Source: Oopsacas minuta (lineage: Eukaryota; Animalia; Porifera). From it: DNA of 25,890 nt. The translations under genes and the position numbers were made by a program. Below are positions 9,913-21,123 of this stretch, one piece after another (the first letter of the stretch is position 1; every line of letters starts with the position of its first letter). The DNA lies in assembly GCA_024704765.1 (NCBI GenBank), contig JAKMXF010000277.1:540978-566867 (forward strand). The letters are read 5' to 3'. The notes below the pieces were generated by a model, which saw nothing but the letters and a program-made list of their open reading frames with translations, was not told the origin of the DNA and did no database searches.

Positions 9913-12420
9913 TGGCGCCAGGATCTTCAGGGATTCCGATCCCACCAATACACGAGACGGATCGAATTGAAGACTGGGAACTTATCTCCAGAGCGTCGGT
10001 AGGGTACATCATAGCAAACGGCGAGGCAGGGGTAAAGACTACAGTAAGCATGATACCCGCGTTCGTGTGTCGAAGGCTAGTCGAGATAGAAGTTTCTAAA
10101 GAAGCCTTGAAGTGCGACAGTCTAGATAGCGCATTCAAGTTGCTCAAGGAACAGTTGGACCTCCCGTGGACGAATATGAAGCAACTAAAAGATTCCATGC
10201 CAAGCATGGCGGCCGGGAGAGCGAGTGGACGACTTCCTGGCGCACTACATAAACAAGCAAAGAGGACAAGGTACCCCATTAGAACGACGTGCGTGACAAT
10301 GACTGCACAACTTCCAAAGGAAGTTCAGGGCAAGGCCAAATCATGGATCGCCGACAATTAGGAAGTAACGGAGGTAATGAGCAGAGAATCCATGATTAAG
10401 GTCAGAGAGTGGCTAACGGAGCGAGAGATAGCTACAGACTTGGGTATCGGGACTTCGACAAGTTTTCGGTACTATATGCTTCACAGACGTCTGAAACGGA
10501 TTTGGGAAAGCGCGGAGTACTTACTGTGAAAACGAGGGAAAAAAGAACGAGGGTCATGAGGTCAAGACCTATGGGTCCGAGCGCGGTCGTGGATAAACAG
10601 GAGCGAGAAGATGTTATACAAGAACGAAAAACTTTCAGGGACCTTCCCGCGGTACATGTGACGTTTGGCAACGAACGTGACATGGGTGGCGGTTTGTCAA
10701 GAAAGGGTTTGTGCCATTTGTGGAAGAAAGGGACACGACTCGTACCTGTGCTCAGCAAGGCGAGCCACCCAGAACAGCGGTGAAAGGGTTCTCCACGTCC
10801 GAGAAACTACTGTTGAGACGCGTGAAACCTCCGTAATGCTGGACGTGACAGTAGAAGTATCCCCTGTGTGGCACTGCTAGATACGGTTGCTAATACTTCA
10901 GGGATTGATACCACAACCCTTCGGAAGCTCATGTTACCTCATCGAGAGAGAAAGAACGAAGGCCAAGTATTTGCTTTAAGGAGAGCAGCCGTATCCGCCT
11001 CAGGTCAGGTAGAAGTTAAAATCGATACCGGAAGCGACCAGCGAGTGCTACAATGCCTGCAAGTAATCGACGTAGGGGATCGGGCATTCATCCTAGGAAG
11101 AGAGTTCCTAGCCAAATTCAATTCAGTCGAGTTCAATTGGGACAGATGTGAGATACGCTTTGGAGACCAATGGAAGCGAGCAAGGGCATTTGTCAACGGG
11201 GGTACCGCACTCAGTCAATCTCAGACCTCCCAAGACACTGAAGTGGACTCGGTTACACTATCGACATGGAATGCGCAAATAGAGGCAAGAATACATTCGG
11301 AGTTCCAACTGGAAGAAAGAAGAGAACCATATAATCTGTTTCAGGAATTCAGCGAGGTATTTGCAGAAAACCCAAAGAAACCGTCGCGTACCAATATTGG
11401 CGAGCATACAATAGATATTGGGGACGCTTAACCAATAAAACAAAGACCACGGAGAATCGTCCTGCGTTGGAAGAAGAAATAAATAAGCAAATCGATGAAA
11501 TGCTGAGAAATGGCGTTTGTCGCCCCTCAAACTCGCCGTGCAGCAGTAATATAATCCTCGTGAAGAAGAAGGACGGAAGTATACATCCCCTATGACTATA
11601 GACTGCTCAACGACCTCACCAAGAGGGACACATACCCAATTCCAGACACACAGACAATTCTAGATAAGTTAGAAAGGAGTGACCAATACTCGTTCAGAGA
11701 CGTTGCATCCGTATACTGGTGAGTACCAGCGCGTAAAGAAGACATTGAAAAGACGGCTTTCAGAACTTATTGTGGGCAATTCGAAACGTTAATGATGCCC
11801 TTTGGCTGTGTAATGCGGTGGGCACCTATCAACGTATAATGGATCAAACCCCTGCGAAAGCCCAGAATACGGAGTCTTATATTGATGACTGCCTGATATA
11901 CTCTAAGGTTTTAGGAAACGCCTGAGCTTTCTTCGCACAGCGATTCAGGGATTCATGTCAGCCAACATACAGCTCTGAGTTGAGAAATGCAGCTTCGGTT
12001 CTTGGGAGGGAAGGTTTCTTAGACATTTGTTAACACTAGACGGGCACCAACCGAACCCCGATCTTGTAGCTAAAATCCGAAATTTCCCCACTCCAACTAC
12101 CATCAAGGGACTCCAGTGGTTTCTAGGGACAATCAATTACTACAGGTCCTATATGCATAGCATGGCCGCAACGGCTGAACCACTAAATATGCTAACACGT
12201 AAGGGCATACCATAGAATTGGACGGCGGACTGCCAGCTTGTATTCGATACGCTCAAAGAGACCTTGGCTACCGATCCGGTCGTGTTACGATATCTTAAGT
12301 GGGGGCAACCATTCATAGTGGAGGCAGGCGCGAGTAGTGTCGCTATCGCAGCGGTTCTCTCTCAGCACGGCCCAACTACAAGAGTACTCAAACCGATGAG
12401 TTACTTTTCATCGGCCCTAC
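9913..12420 (+). mobile_element. Ty3/Gypsy LTR retrotransposon, decayed, truncated in RNase H
   Basis: Gag with CCHC knuckle CAICGRKGHDSYLC; protease ALLDTVA (DTG mutated) ... ILGREFL; RT motifs DYRLLN, KTAF, MPFG and YIDD (11878-11889); connection region FLGTINYYR; RNase H start FIVEAGASSVAIAAVLSQ. Protease-RT-RNaseH order fits Gypsy. No integrase or 3' LTR seen. Confidence 0.92.
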
Positions 12421-12453
12421 TGTATATTGTACAATCCGTATATAGGCTATTTA

Positions 12454-13745
12454 CGAGGGGCACTCAATAAGTTTTGAGCCTGACTATGTTGCGAGCTCTT
12501 ATATAAGTAAACCATTACTTCTTTCGAATAAACATGGCATAAATCTACTTCGCTGAAAATCTTGTAACTTTATCTTGTATACTTTTCAGATAGCAGTAGT
12601 TTTATTATCTATGGATTCCTTAGTTACCAAATCTTCAATACAGTTATCAAGGCGTGATATTCGTGCGATAATACTTTTTCAGTTCCAACTTTTGTGAACA
12701 ATAAAAGAATGTCACGAAAATTTCTGTACAGCCTTTCCAAATAACAAGGTATCTGCGGCAACAGTGAAAAGATGGTACAGAGAATTTACGTTTGCGAATT
12801 TTCATCTTGAAGACCAACCCCGCCCTGGACCACCACCATACGCTGTTACAGAGGGAATTGTTGAGTCAATTGAAGACATGGTGATAGCAGACCCAAATGT
12901 TACATATGAGAGGATTCAGCACGAGATTGGCATTTCATCCGGGGCAATGCCCACCGTTTTACACCAATCCCTTCAGCTGCATAAACTTTGTGCCCGCTGG
13001 ATCCCACATCAGCTTCATCCTGAACAGAAGCAGAATCGAGTGAAATGGTGCCATGAAATGCTTAAAAAATTCAACAATGGCAACAGTGGAGATGTTTCCA
13101 AGATAATAGCTAGTGATGAAACATGAATCTATCACTATGATCCAGAAACAAAGCAGCAGAGCTGTCAATGGTGCGAAATTGGAGAAGGTCCCCCAACAAA
13201 GGTTCGCAGAACTCAGTACACCAAGAAACAATTTTTTTTAATACAACGCGTGTTAAAACTGTTGTACCTCTTGAACCTGGTACGACAATTAATTCAACCT
13301 GGTACACAGAGAGTTACTTGCCTCTAGTCATAAAGCAATAAATTTACAGCGTCCTGGCACAGGATAAGGGGAACTTTTTTGCACCACGATAATGCCCATT
13401 CTCATACATCAAAAATGACAAGGCAATTCATTGAAGAATCAGGACTACTTATATTGCCACCCCCTTATTCTCCAGATCTAGCACCCTGCGACTTATGGCA
13501 CCTCCTAGAATAAAAACTATCTTAAAGGCAGAAATTCTCATCGAATTCTGAACTTGAGGGGGGCCCTCAAACAAGTAATCGGAGACATCAACGAAAACGA
13601 ATTTCAAGAAGCTATTCAGGCTTTATTTCAACGAATGAACAAGTATATTCAAGCTAAGGGATGCTATTTCGAATAATTACAGTAAAAGTAAATATAGAAT
13701 GATGCTTTTTGATACTTAGGCTCAAATGTTATTGAGTACCCTTCG
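12454..13745 (+). mobile_element. Full-length (1292 bp) mariner DNA transposon, inactivated
   Basis: 27-bp TIRs CGAGGGGCACTCAATAAGTTTTGAGCC / CGAAGGGTACTCAATAACATTTGAGCC (23/27 identical), flanked by TA at 12452-12453 and 13746-13747. Confidence 0.95.
12611..13676 (+). pseudogene. Mariner transposase pseudogene
   Basis: ATG at 12611 with an early in-frame TGA; HKLCARWIPHQL; ASDET*IYHYDPE (TGG mutated to TGA); HHDNA; PYSPDLAPCDL; ends KGCYFE*. Confidence 0.93.
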
Positions 13746-13920
13746 TAGGCTAGAATGTAATGTAATTTGTGAATTATTGTCAATAAATGACCATTTTTCC
13801 ATTCGAAAAGTGGTGTTTCTTCTTCCTCGATTTCCTAGAAACTTTTGAGTAGCCATTTTCCCATTTCTCAAAATGTATTACTCGGCTTGTAGATAAGCTA
13901 GATTCAAAAAACAACGGGAT

Positions 13921-14322
13921 TAGGGAGACCTCACACCCCTGAGAAAACAAAGTTGAAAGGACTTCGTTTTATGTTGAAAAGTAATAATTATTGAACTTTC
14001 GAAATTTCTAGCCTGGATATATTGATGGACAAAGTAGAGTGAGGTATATGGTTGGTTCATGCAATAAATCGAAATTCTAGTCAACTTAATTTTCTTTATG
14101 GGCAATTTCAAACAAATAGCTATGTCGATTCACTTATATACTTGCTCAACTTTTTCATAATATATTTTGAAAATTTAAATTTTTTCCAATTTTTTCCATT
14201 TTTATATTGTTATAATATTATTGCATTTTTGGATACTAGACGATGATCCAATACCATAGTAAAAAATTTAAAGAGATCGATAAACTAGAAGTTATCGAAG
14301 CTATCTAAATCATACTCACCCC
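13921..14322. repeat. Possible TTAA-associated MITE (Kolobok-like termini)
   Basis: Begins (T)TAGGGAGACCTCAC and ends CATACTCACCCC|TTAA. Short end-motif similarities occur in reverse orientation around 24945-25140. Weak. Confidence 0.3.
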
Positions 14323-15254
14323 TTAATGCCGAAGTGTTACGTTCGTAATGAAAAGGAACACTACAATTTACCACTTCATTATAATCAATTCCCTCACCAA
14401 GAAGGAGATTTTAGCACCTTTTTGATGTCATGAACCCATTTTCCAGGCAGTATTCGGTTAAGTGGGGAAAAATGGGTTAATTTTGACACATTGGTTAATT
14501 CGGAAATACACAGTATTTATTTAATTGCTTTGACCATTATAGCTGCATGTTACCAACAGTTATTGTAAGAGAAGTTCAATTTGGCTTGAGAAACTCAATA
14601 AGTATTTTGAGTACTGGAAATATTGCGAAATCTTTTACTTAGACCCTCCTGTAAAGAATAACTGACTTAGTTCTTGTTCTGTTGATACACCTTGTACTAT
14701 TTGTAAAGAAGCGTAATTCATTGTTCCTAGATTCTTGAGATGTACTAAATTATTTTTATATGCTTCTCTTAGTATCTATGCAATCATTAAATGCTTTGTT
14801 CATAATCTCAAATTTTAAAACTTTTGTAGAAAGCATCACTGTATGGGACGATCGAACGTGCTTCAATATGTACGGCTAACCGGTTACCCGCTGCAATTAT
14901 TAGTTAATAAAATTCAGGCTTTTGAGAAATTTAAAATATCCATCCATATAACTATCAAAGATACAATAACTCTCGGTATATAGTATATCCAGGGTTCACC
15001 AGTACTCTCAGCTGAGAATCTCATTTTATCGCGAGGCTCATGATTTAGTATTTGTTTTTTATGAAAAGACCAGGGATTTTGTTGTATATGCTTACTGAAA
15101 ATCGCGTGACATACACAAGATCGTGAGAGTCGAGAACCCTGGGTCTTCTCAAGATTTTAATAGGAAATTTTCAAGATCTTTATACTATTATATCAATCTT
15201 TGTATTGTTGTTGTATGGATTGCCTTCTATTCTTTATTATTTATTTGTAGAGAT

Positions 15255-15966
15255 ATGATTGGTGGTGTTTTTATTTATAATTTCAAAGGTGAAGTATTAA
15301 TTAGTAGACAATATCGAGATGATATATCACGTCAAGCAGCTGATGCTTTTAGAGTTACTGTAATACATGCTCGACAAGCAATCCGCTCTCCTGTTGTAAG
15401 CATCGCTCGTATAAATTTTTGTTGGATGAAGCGAAATAACGTTTGGATTGCTGCTGCAAGTAAGCAAAACTTACACGTTGCGCTAGTATTTGAATTATTG
15501 AACAAGTTACTTGATCTCTTTTCCTCATATTTTGGATCAGTTTCAGATGAATCTATCAAAAACAACTTCGTTTTGATTTATGAATTGTTGGATGAAGTTT
15601 TGGATTTTGGTTATCCTCAGCGAACTGACGTGGCTACATTAAAGAGTCTGATTACCCAAACTGGAACAAAAATTGGAACTATCGAAGAACAGCGTGAAAT
15701 TACTAAGGAACTCACTGGACAAATTGGTTGGCGGAAAGAAAATATTAAATATAAGAAAAATGAATTATTTCTAGACGTTCTAGAAGATGTTAATTTGTTG
15801 ATGTCTGCTCAGGGCCAGGTACTTTCAAATCATGTATCTGGTCGTGTTGTTATGAAATCATACCTCTCTGGAATGCCAGAATGCAAGTTTGGTATGAATG
15901 ATAAGATAATGTTGGAGAAACATTCTAAACCACAAACTATGGATGGACCAAAGAAATCTCAAACAG
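15255..15966 (+). CDS. AP2M1: AP-2 complex subunit mu (mu2), first coding exon (237 codons + 1 nt); remainder not found in window
   Basis: [23 protein letters not shown]...[22 protein letters not shown]...[23 protein letters not shown]...[22 protein letters not shown] matches the metazoan mu2 N-terminus closely. Similarity stops at a plausible donor CAG|GTTTGA (15966/15967). The ORF-track start at 15123 is an upstream alternative start codon unlikely to be used. Confidence 0.93.
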
Positions 15967-17042
15967 GTTTGAATACAATTATTATATTCTTTTTGATTCA
16001 TGCCAGAAAGTCGCATTGGAATGCTAATACAGCATAATAAATAGGGGAAAGGGCCTAAGTTGTATAATACGTGTATAACATATATTACGTATTAACTGTA
16101 CAATACGTTTTACGTGATATTTTGAACATGTTATACGTCTAGAGTCTAGACTAATCTCGAATTAAGAGATTTGACTTTGTTAGACTTGGATAAATCAAAT
16201 TATTTTCATGTATTATATAAATTGGCCAACTCTGCTGAGATTTCTCTTAACACTTTGAGAACTACTGTTTTCATGCAAAATATCTTTGTAGAAATCAGTC
16301 TAATACAAGTTGGGTACCAAAAAGTGGCGATTGAAAGCATAAAACGTATTAAACATCTTACGGAAATCATAGGTGTAGATAGGCCTGGTCATACCTGGGC
16401 AATGGCTCTGTACTTTACTCAGCTGGCCAAAAATGTTTTCTGATTAATTGATTTTGATAACTTTGCAATCTTAATATTCAGTGCATTGATTAATTTGTGT
16501 TTTCATGTTCAACACAATTTTAATTATTGATTGTTCACGAATGCCAGTAGTTTCTAAATCATTGAAATAATATCTTATTAGTGTATTTATCCACTCTCTA
16601 CCTCAATAATCGAAAACTGTGGTTACATATTGTATTACTGGATGAAAATATTGTGTTTGATTCATGCCGAACTCATAATTCTCACTATAGTGTAGGCTGA
16701 TCTGTAGGCTTGTTCGAAATTTTTGTGATGAGTGATTGTTATACCTTGTTGGAAATCCTATGCCTTGTCACATGACATAGGGTTCACAAAAATAGCAATT
16801 AGTCTCACCATGCGGAAACAATTTATTTGTCATTTTTGAAATATACGGAGGGAAATGGCTGAAGGGTATGACACAATTTGTGGCTGCTGTAGTTATTATG
16901 GACCCGTCTGTTGAATGCAAGAGGACACCGCAGAGCCACAATTTGCATTTAGACTTTGGCATGACCTTCGTTATATCCGGCTTACTACTATTCGAAACCA
17001 TGGATTAATTGAAGAACATTTCATTTGATAGGCAATAATATA

Positions 17043-17495
17043 CGGGCGCGTGCATTGGTTCAAATTCGTATGTATGCATTAGCCCAAATTTCATATGTTT
17101 GCATTAGCCAAATGTCAAGATCGGTTTCAATCCAAATATTTGGTGATCGAATCCATTTATTCACGAGGAAATATAGTCATTTACTTATGTTGTTTTGAAT
17201 ATCAAAACTCTCAACAACTCACACCCTCCTCAGATCCAACTCGAATCCAATCAAACACCACACCAGTTTTCCAAATAGTCTACTGAAATGCTCATCTTCT
17301 CAGCTCAAGCCAATCTAGCTAAATAATCCAAGAAAATTGTCAACTCTAGCACCTTCCAACGTGGGTTCTAAGTACTCTCAGCAACTCACAGCCTGCTCCA
17401 GATCCAACTCACGCAAACATCAAAAATTTGGACTAATACCGATTTTCCTATTTGGACTAACGCATGCATACAAATTTGACTAACGACGCGCCCCC
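17043..17495. mobile_element. MITE with ~50-bp imperfect TIRs
   Basis: Left GGGCGCGTGCATTGGTTCAAATTCGTATGTATGCATTAGCCCAAAT vs reverse complement of right GGGGGCGCGTCGTTAGTCAAATTTGTATGCATGCGTTAGTCCAAAT. TA-flanked. Internal ~33-bp direct repeat (CTCARCAACTCACA..CAGATCCAACTC) at ~17209 and ~17378. Confidence 0.7.
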
Positions 17496-17649
17496 ATAAT
17501 ATCATTCACGATAATACAAAATAGGTTCATTTTGGCCCGAATACATGTATTGTTGTTAGTTAATAATTAACACAAACTATGTCATTCCGACTTGTCCCAG
17601 TTCGAAATGACGTCATCTGATTGGCTAAAACGGGAATATTGTGAAACAT

Positions 17650-18066
17650 ACGCCTTTATCAAGCTCTGTCAAATAATCAATATATATCACTTCGTCGACT
17701 CTAAAATATCACCTATTGATCCAAGGATGTTTCATGCAAGCTTTCATAAAATTGGCACAATAAAGTTCTCAGGTTCCAGAGTTATAATAGTGACCATAGA
17801 TGACACATTTTGTTAATATCCACCTATAACTTGACAACCTTTAATGTTATGGCCAATCATCTTGCAAACATATTGTATACCCGACTTCAAGATTGCATCA
17901 TAATTATCAGAGATATCATAACAAAATGTATTATCAGGGTATGGGAAGTCGGTTATATACCATACGTTTGCAGATGATTGGCCATAACATTATGGTTGTC
18001 AAGTTATAGGTGGATATTAACAGAAATGTGACATCATAGTCACTACTACAACTCTGGACCTGAGAA
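17650..18066. repeat. Palindromic (foldback) element, truncated copy
   Basis: Arms 17766-17888 and 17945-18066 are near-perfect inverted repeats. The left arm continues to ~17650 with similarity to the larger palindrome at 18409-19531. Confidence 0.85.
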
Positions 18067-18408
18067 TTCACTTCAAATTATCAGTGATCATCCAGCTAGG
18101 AGTTGCAAGTGCATGATGCTAAAGCTAAGCTATCGGACAAGTAATTTGGGTATATAGTTACTTTTATAACTTAATTTACCCCACGTCATGAGATCAGCTA
18201 ATCTAAATGGGTCGTAGAAGTGGTCATATACCCGAAAATCCTTCATGCGATTACAAACATGTGGCCTGGTAGAATTTCAGTCCTGGATTTGAATGTGAGG
18301 AGGTATGGCAGGTAACATTCTTACACGTATATCCCTATTCCCACTTTTTTCCAAATATATTTATCTTTTAATTTAGAGCCCCAATGTAAGGCGCCGTCAA
18401 TTTTAACA

Positions 18409-19531
18409 GTCAGAATTATATATACTATAGCACAACCTTCACTATATAAGGCCTACCATCAACCTCGAATCTTTGGACTAGGGATATAGTAATGTACGGT
18501 TTATTTTATATTAGTATATAGAATGATCTCATATTGCACAAACAGTTCTTTTATGCCCAAATTAATGTATAACTTATATGTAGAATATCATGTGCCCAGA
18601 TCCAAAAGGTAAAAATATTTCAATATGTACCAATTGCTTTGCTTAGTTAGGAGTTAATGGGCCAACCTTTGATGAGCTGTAGAATGTTAAATATCGCATC
18701 TTTGACTTCAATTTAATTTACGAAATGATGTAGGATGCTTTTGTAAACATTTTTAAAGGGCTGTCATGATAAAGTTGGCAGACTTTTGAGTTGCAGTGGT
18801 GACAATGGATTGTAATAATTTGTCAACATCCATTTATAAGTCAAAAACCCTCAATAATACTCAAAAGATCACTATTGCCAATTTATAGGATACACCCAAT
18901 TCCCATACCCCTGTCATATATTTTGATATGATATCTACAAGGATTATCGCATATTCATCAATAAAGCCCTATATCGTAATATTCAGGATTGCGTCATAAT
19001 AGTATGAGATATCACATCAACATGTACTATAAGGGATTGGAAATCGGATATGCTATTAATCGGCAAAAGCGAATTTTGTTATCATTGAGGCTTTTCGACT
19101 TATAAATGGATCTTGACAAATTATTACCATCCATTCTCACCACTGTAACTCAAAGACCTGACAACTTTGTCATGACATATCTTTAATATGTTTTACAAGA
19201 GCATCTATACATCATTTCGTACATTATGTTTGAAATCAAAGATGCGATATTTGACGTTCTACAGCTCATCAAAGATTGGGTCATATTCTCGAAATAATGT
19301 TTACAAAGGAAAGAAATTAGCACGTTTTGAAATATCTTTTTGTTTAGATACATGATATTCTACAAATCAGTGACACATTTACTTGGGTATAAATTTACTG
19401 TTTGTGCGATATGAACCATTCTTTATACTAATAGAATATTTACCGCACACTAAGCCATTCCTGGTGCATCTGATGGTAGGCCTTATATAGAGATGGCTAT
19501 GACTATACGTATGCATAAATTTTATTCTGAC
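18409..19531. repeat. Long palindromic (foldback) element, ~1.12 kb
   Basis: Arms 18409-18936 and 19007-19531 align as imperfect inverted repeats along their length (e.g. CTATATAAGGCCTACCATCA, GTAGAATATCATGT, CTTTGATGAGCTGTAGAA, ATCCATTTATAAGTC), around a 70-nt asymmetric spacer. Confidence 0.9.
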
Positions 19532-20007
19532 CTTTAGAATTTAATAAATAAGTATACAGGCAGAGGCTGAAGTTTTCGAAAAATTGCTAATTGTGTGTCC
19601 TCGCATCATTGTAACATGAACTTCGTGTTATACATAGTCAGTGCTACTAAGTTTCCCTAATTTACCTAGGCTACTTAAAGTTACCACTATCGACGTACCT
19701 ACGATGAAGACTCATTTAAACTTCTTATTACCCTTATGTTCTTGGTTATTTTTAGGAAATACACTATCTTATTATAGATTATGTCAGTCTTTCTCATACT
19801 TTTTGACTGCTGTACACTCTGTTTGTCTAAGGTTTCCATGTATGTCAGTCCAGAGTATTTCCTAGAATTATACCACGTTCCCAGGGATCAGAGTTGCGCC
19901 CTTGCCTGGGGCCTTATACACGAAATTATTTATACTTAAGTATTGCTAAAACCAAGTATATACATACTTATTTTTTTCTAAGAACCATGTGAATAGTTTG
20001 TTTTTAC

Positions 20008-20730
20008 TTAGTTTTTCCTTAGTTTCCCTTTCGAAACTATGAATTTTTTATTTATATTTTCTACTAGTATTGGATAACTATTACACAATATCCGGACTAA
20101 TACTTCACGTACATTGTTACTAAAGGATGTCTTGCGAGCTAAATTTTCCCGAAAACGCCGTACATACTTGTTGTAGGCTTCTAGGCACTCTTTTGAAAGA
20201 TTTTTCAAACCGTATCCTCCATTATGAAGAAGAATTATTTGGGAAGAATGGGAAAACAATTTATGCAAGGAAGGTGTAATGGTTGCCCAGGGGAACTCTT
20301 TTAGAATCTATTGATCTGTTTCTTTCCACTTAATACAGTTGATTTGTTCACCACCGTTGACCAGTCTCAAAATTACTGATAGATTGGTTTGAATTATTTC
20401 CAGGGCTAATTTGTGAACGGGATCAATTGAAGATGTAGCCCATTTCAGGTAGTCTCTCTTATCCAGAAAATAGTCATGCGCCATATTTCCAGTTGTCGAA
20501 GTACCGCCATGGCTTGAAGGAATGTCCACACTAATACTACACTGTCTTCAATGATGGTTCTAATGCGATTGATTGACGTTTACACCTTGGTGTTACTTGA
20601 CGACCATCCTTTGTAACCTGAGTCTACATAATAAATAAGGTTCATGAACCACTTGAAGACATGCAGATATGCGTGTAGTGGAGAGGCCGCTATGATGTAA
20701 ATGTTGGAAATGGTACAATGGGTTATTTTG
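20008..20730 (-). pseudogene. Transib/RAG1-core-like DDE transposase, C-terminal half (decayed)
   Basis: Ordered motifs SPLHAYLHVFKWFMNLIY (20673-20684 = SPLH), GGTSTTGNMAHDYF, NLSVILRLVNGGEQIN, FPWATITPSLHKLFSH and LSKECLEAYNKYVRRFRENLARKTS parallel Transib SPLHA / GNTARRFF / YPW...HK..H / SEEAQEARNK and RAG1 ESGNKLFRRFRK. One frameshift and two stops. Confidence 0.75.
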
Positions 20731-21123
20731 GGTAAACATTTCCAGTAGGCTATAACTTCAATAATTTTTATTATTTTCTACTGAATTTTTGGCTACTGGG
20801 GCTTTCACTAAAGACAAGTATTTTGGCATGTCAGATTTTGAGAATGAGTTAGCATTTGAATATTATGATGTCATATTTAATCTCCAAAAATATTGCGATT
20901 TACTTCGTTTCTTATAATTCATGACTATATAGGATATTCATAATAGTATCTTGATTAAATAACGAATACTAGTAGCTATTTAACGCATTAGTTATTGAAG
21001 AATTGTATCCCAATCTTGTATGACGCATAATATTGTGATTCGGATATGTTGTATAGGATTGTGATATTATGTCAACTACAAAAATATATATATACACTAA
21101 ATCTAGATTAATGTTTATCAAAT

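Noticed and set aside
15123-15254. N-terminal extension of the 304-aa ORF
   Set aside because: Not homologous to mu2, whose conserved start is MIGG at 15255; contains a T-rich acceptor-like tract.
15967-16037. C-terminal tail [22 protein letters not shown] as part of mu2
   Set aside because: No similarity to mu2; it is read-through into a probable intron.
16150-17030. Short ORFs 16171-16443 (+) and 16768-17001 (-) as missing AP2M1 exons or new genes
   Set aside because: No mu-homology-domain motifs and no recognisable family signature in any frame I translated.
19800-20007. Search for an RSS-like Transib terminal repeat (CACWRTG with 5-bp TSD) downstream of the minus-strand fragment
   Set aside because: Only partial CAC words, with no matching partner end or TSD.
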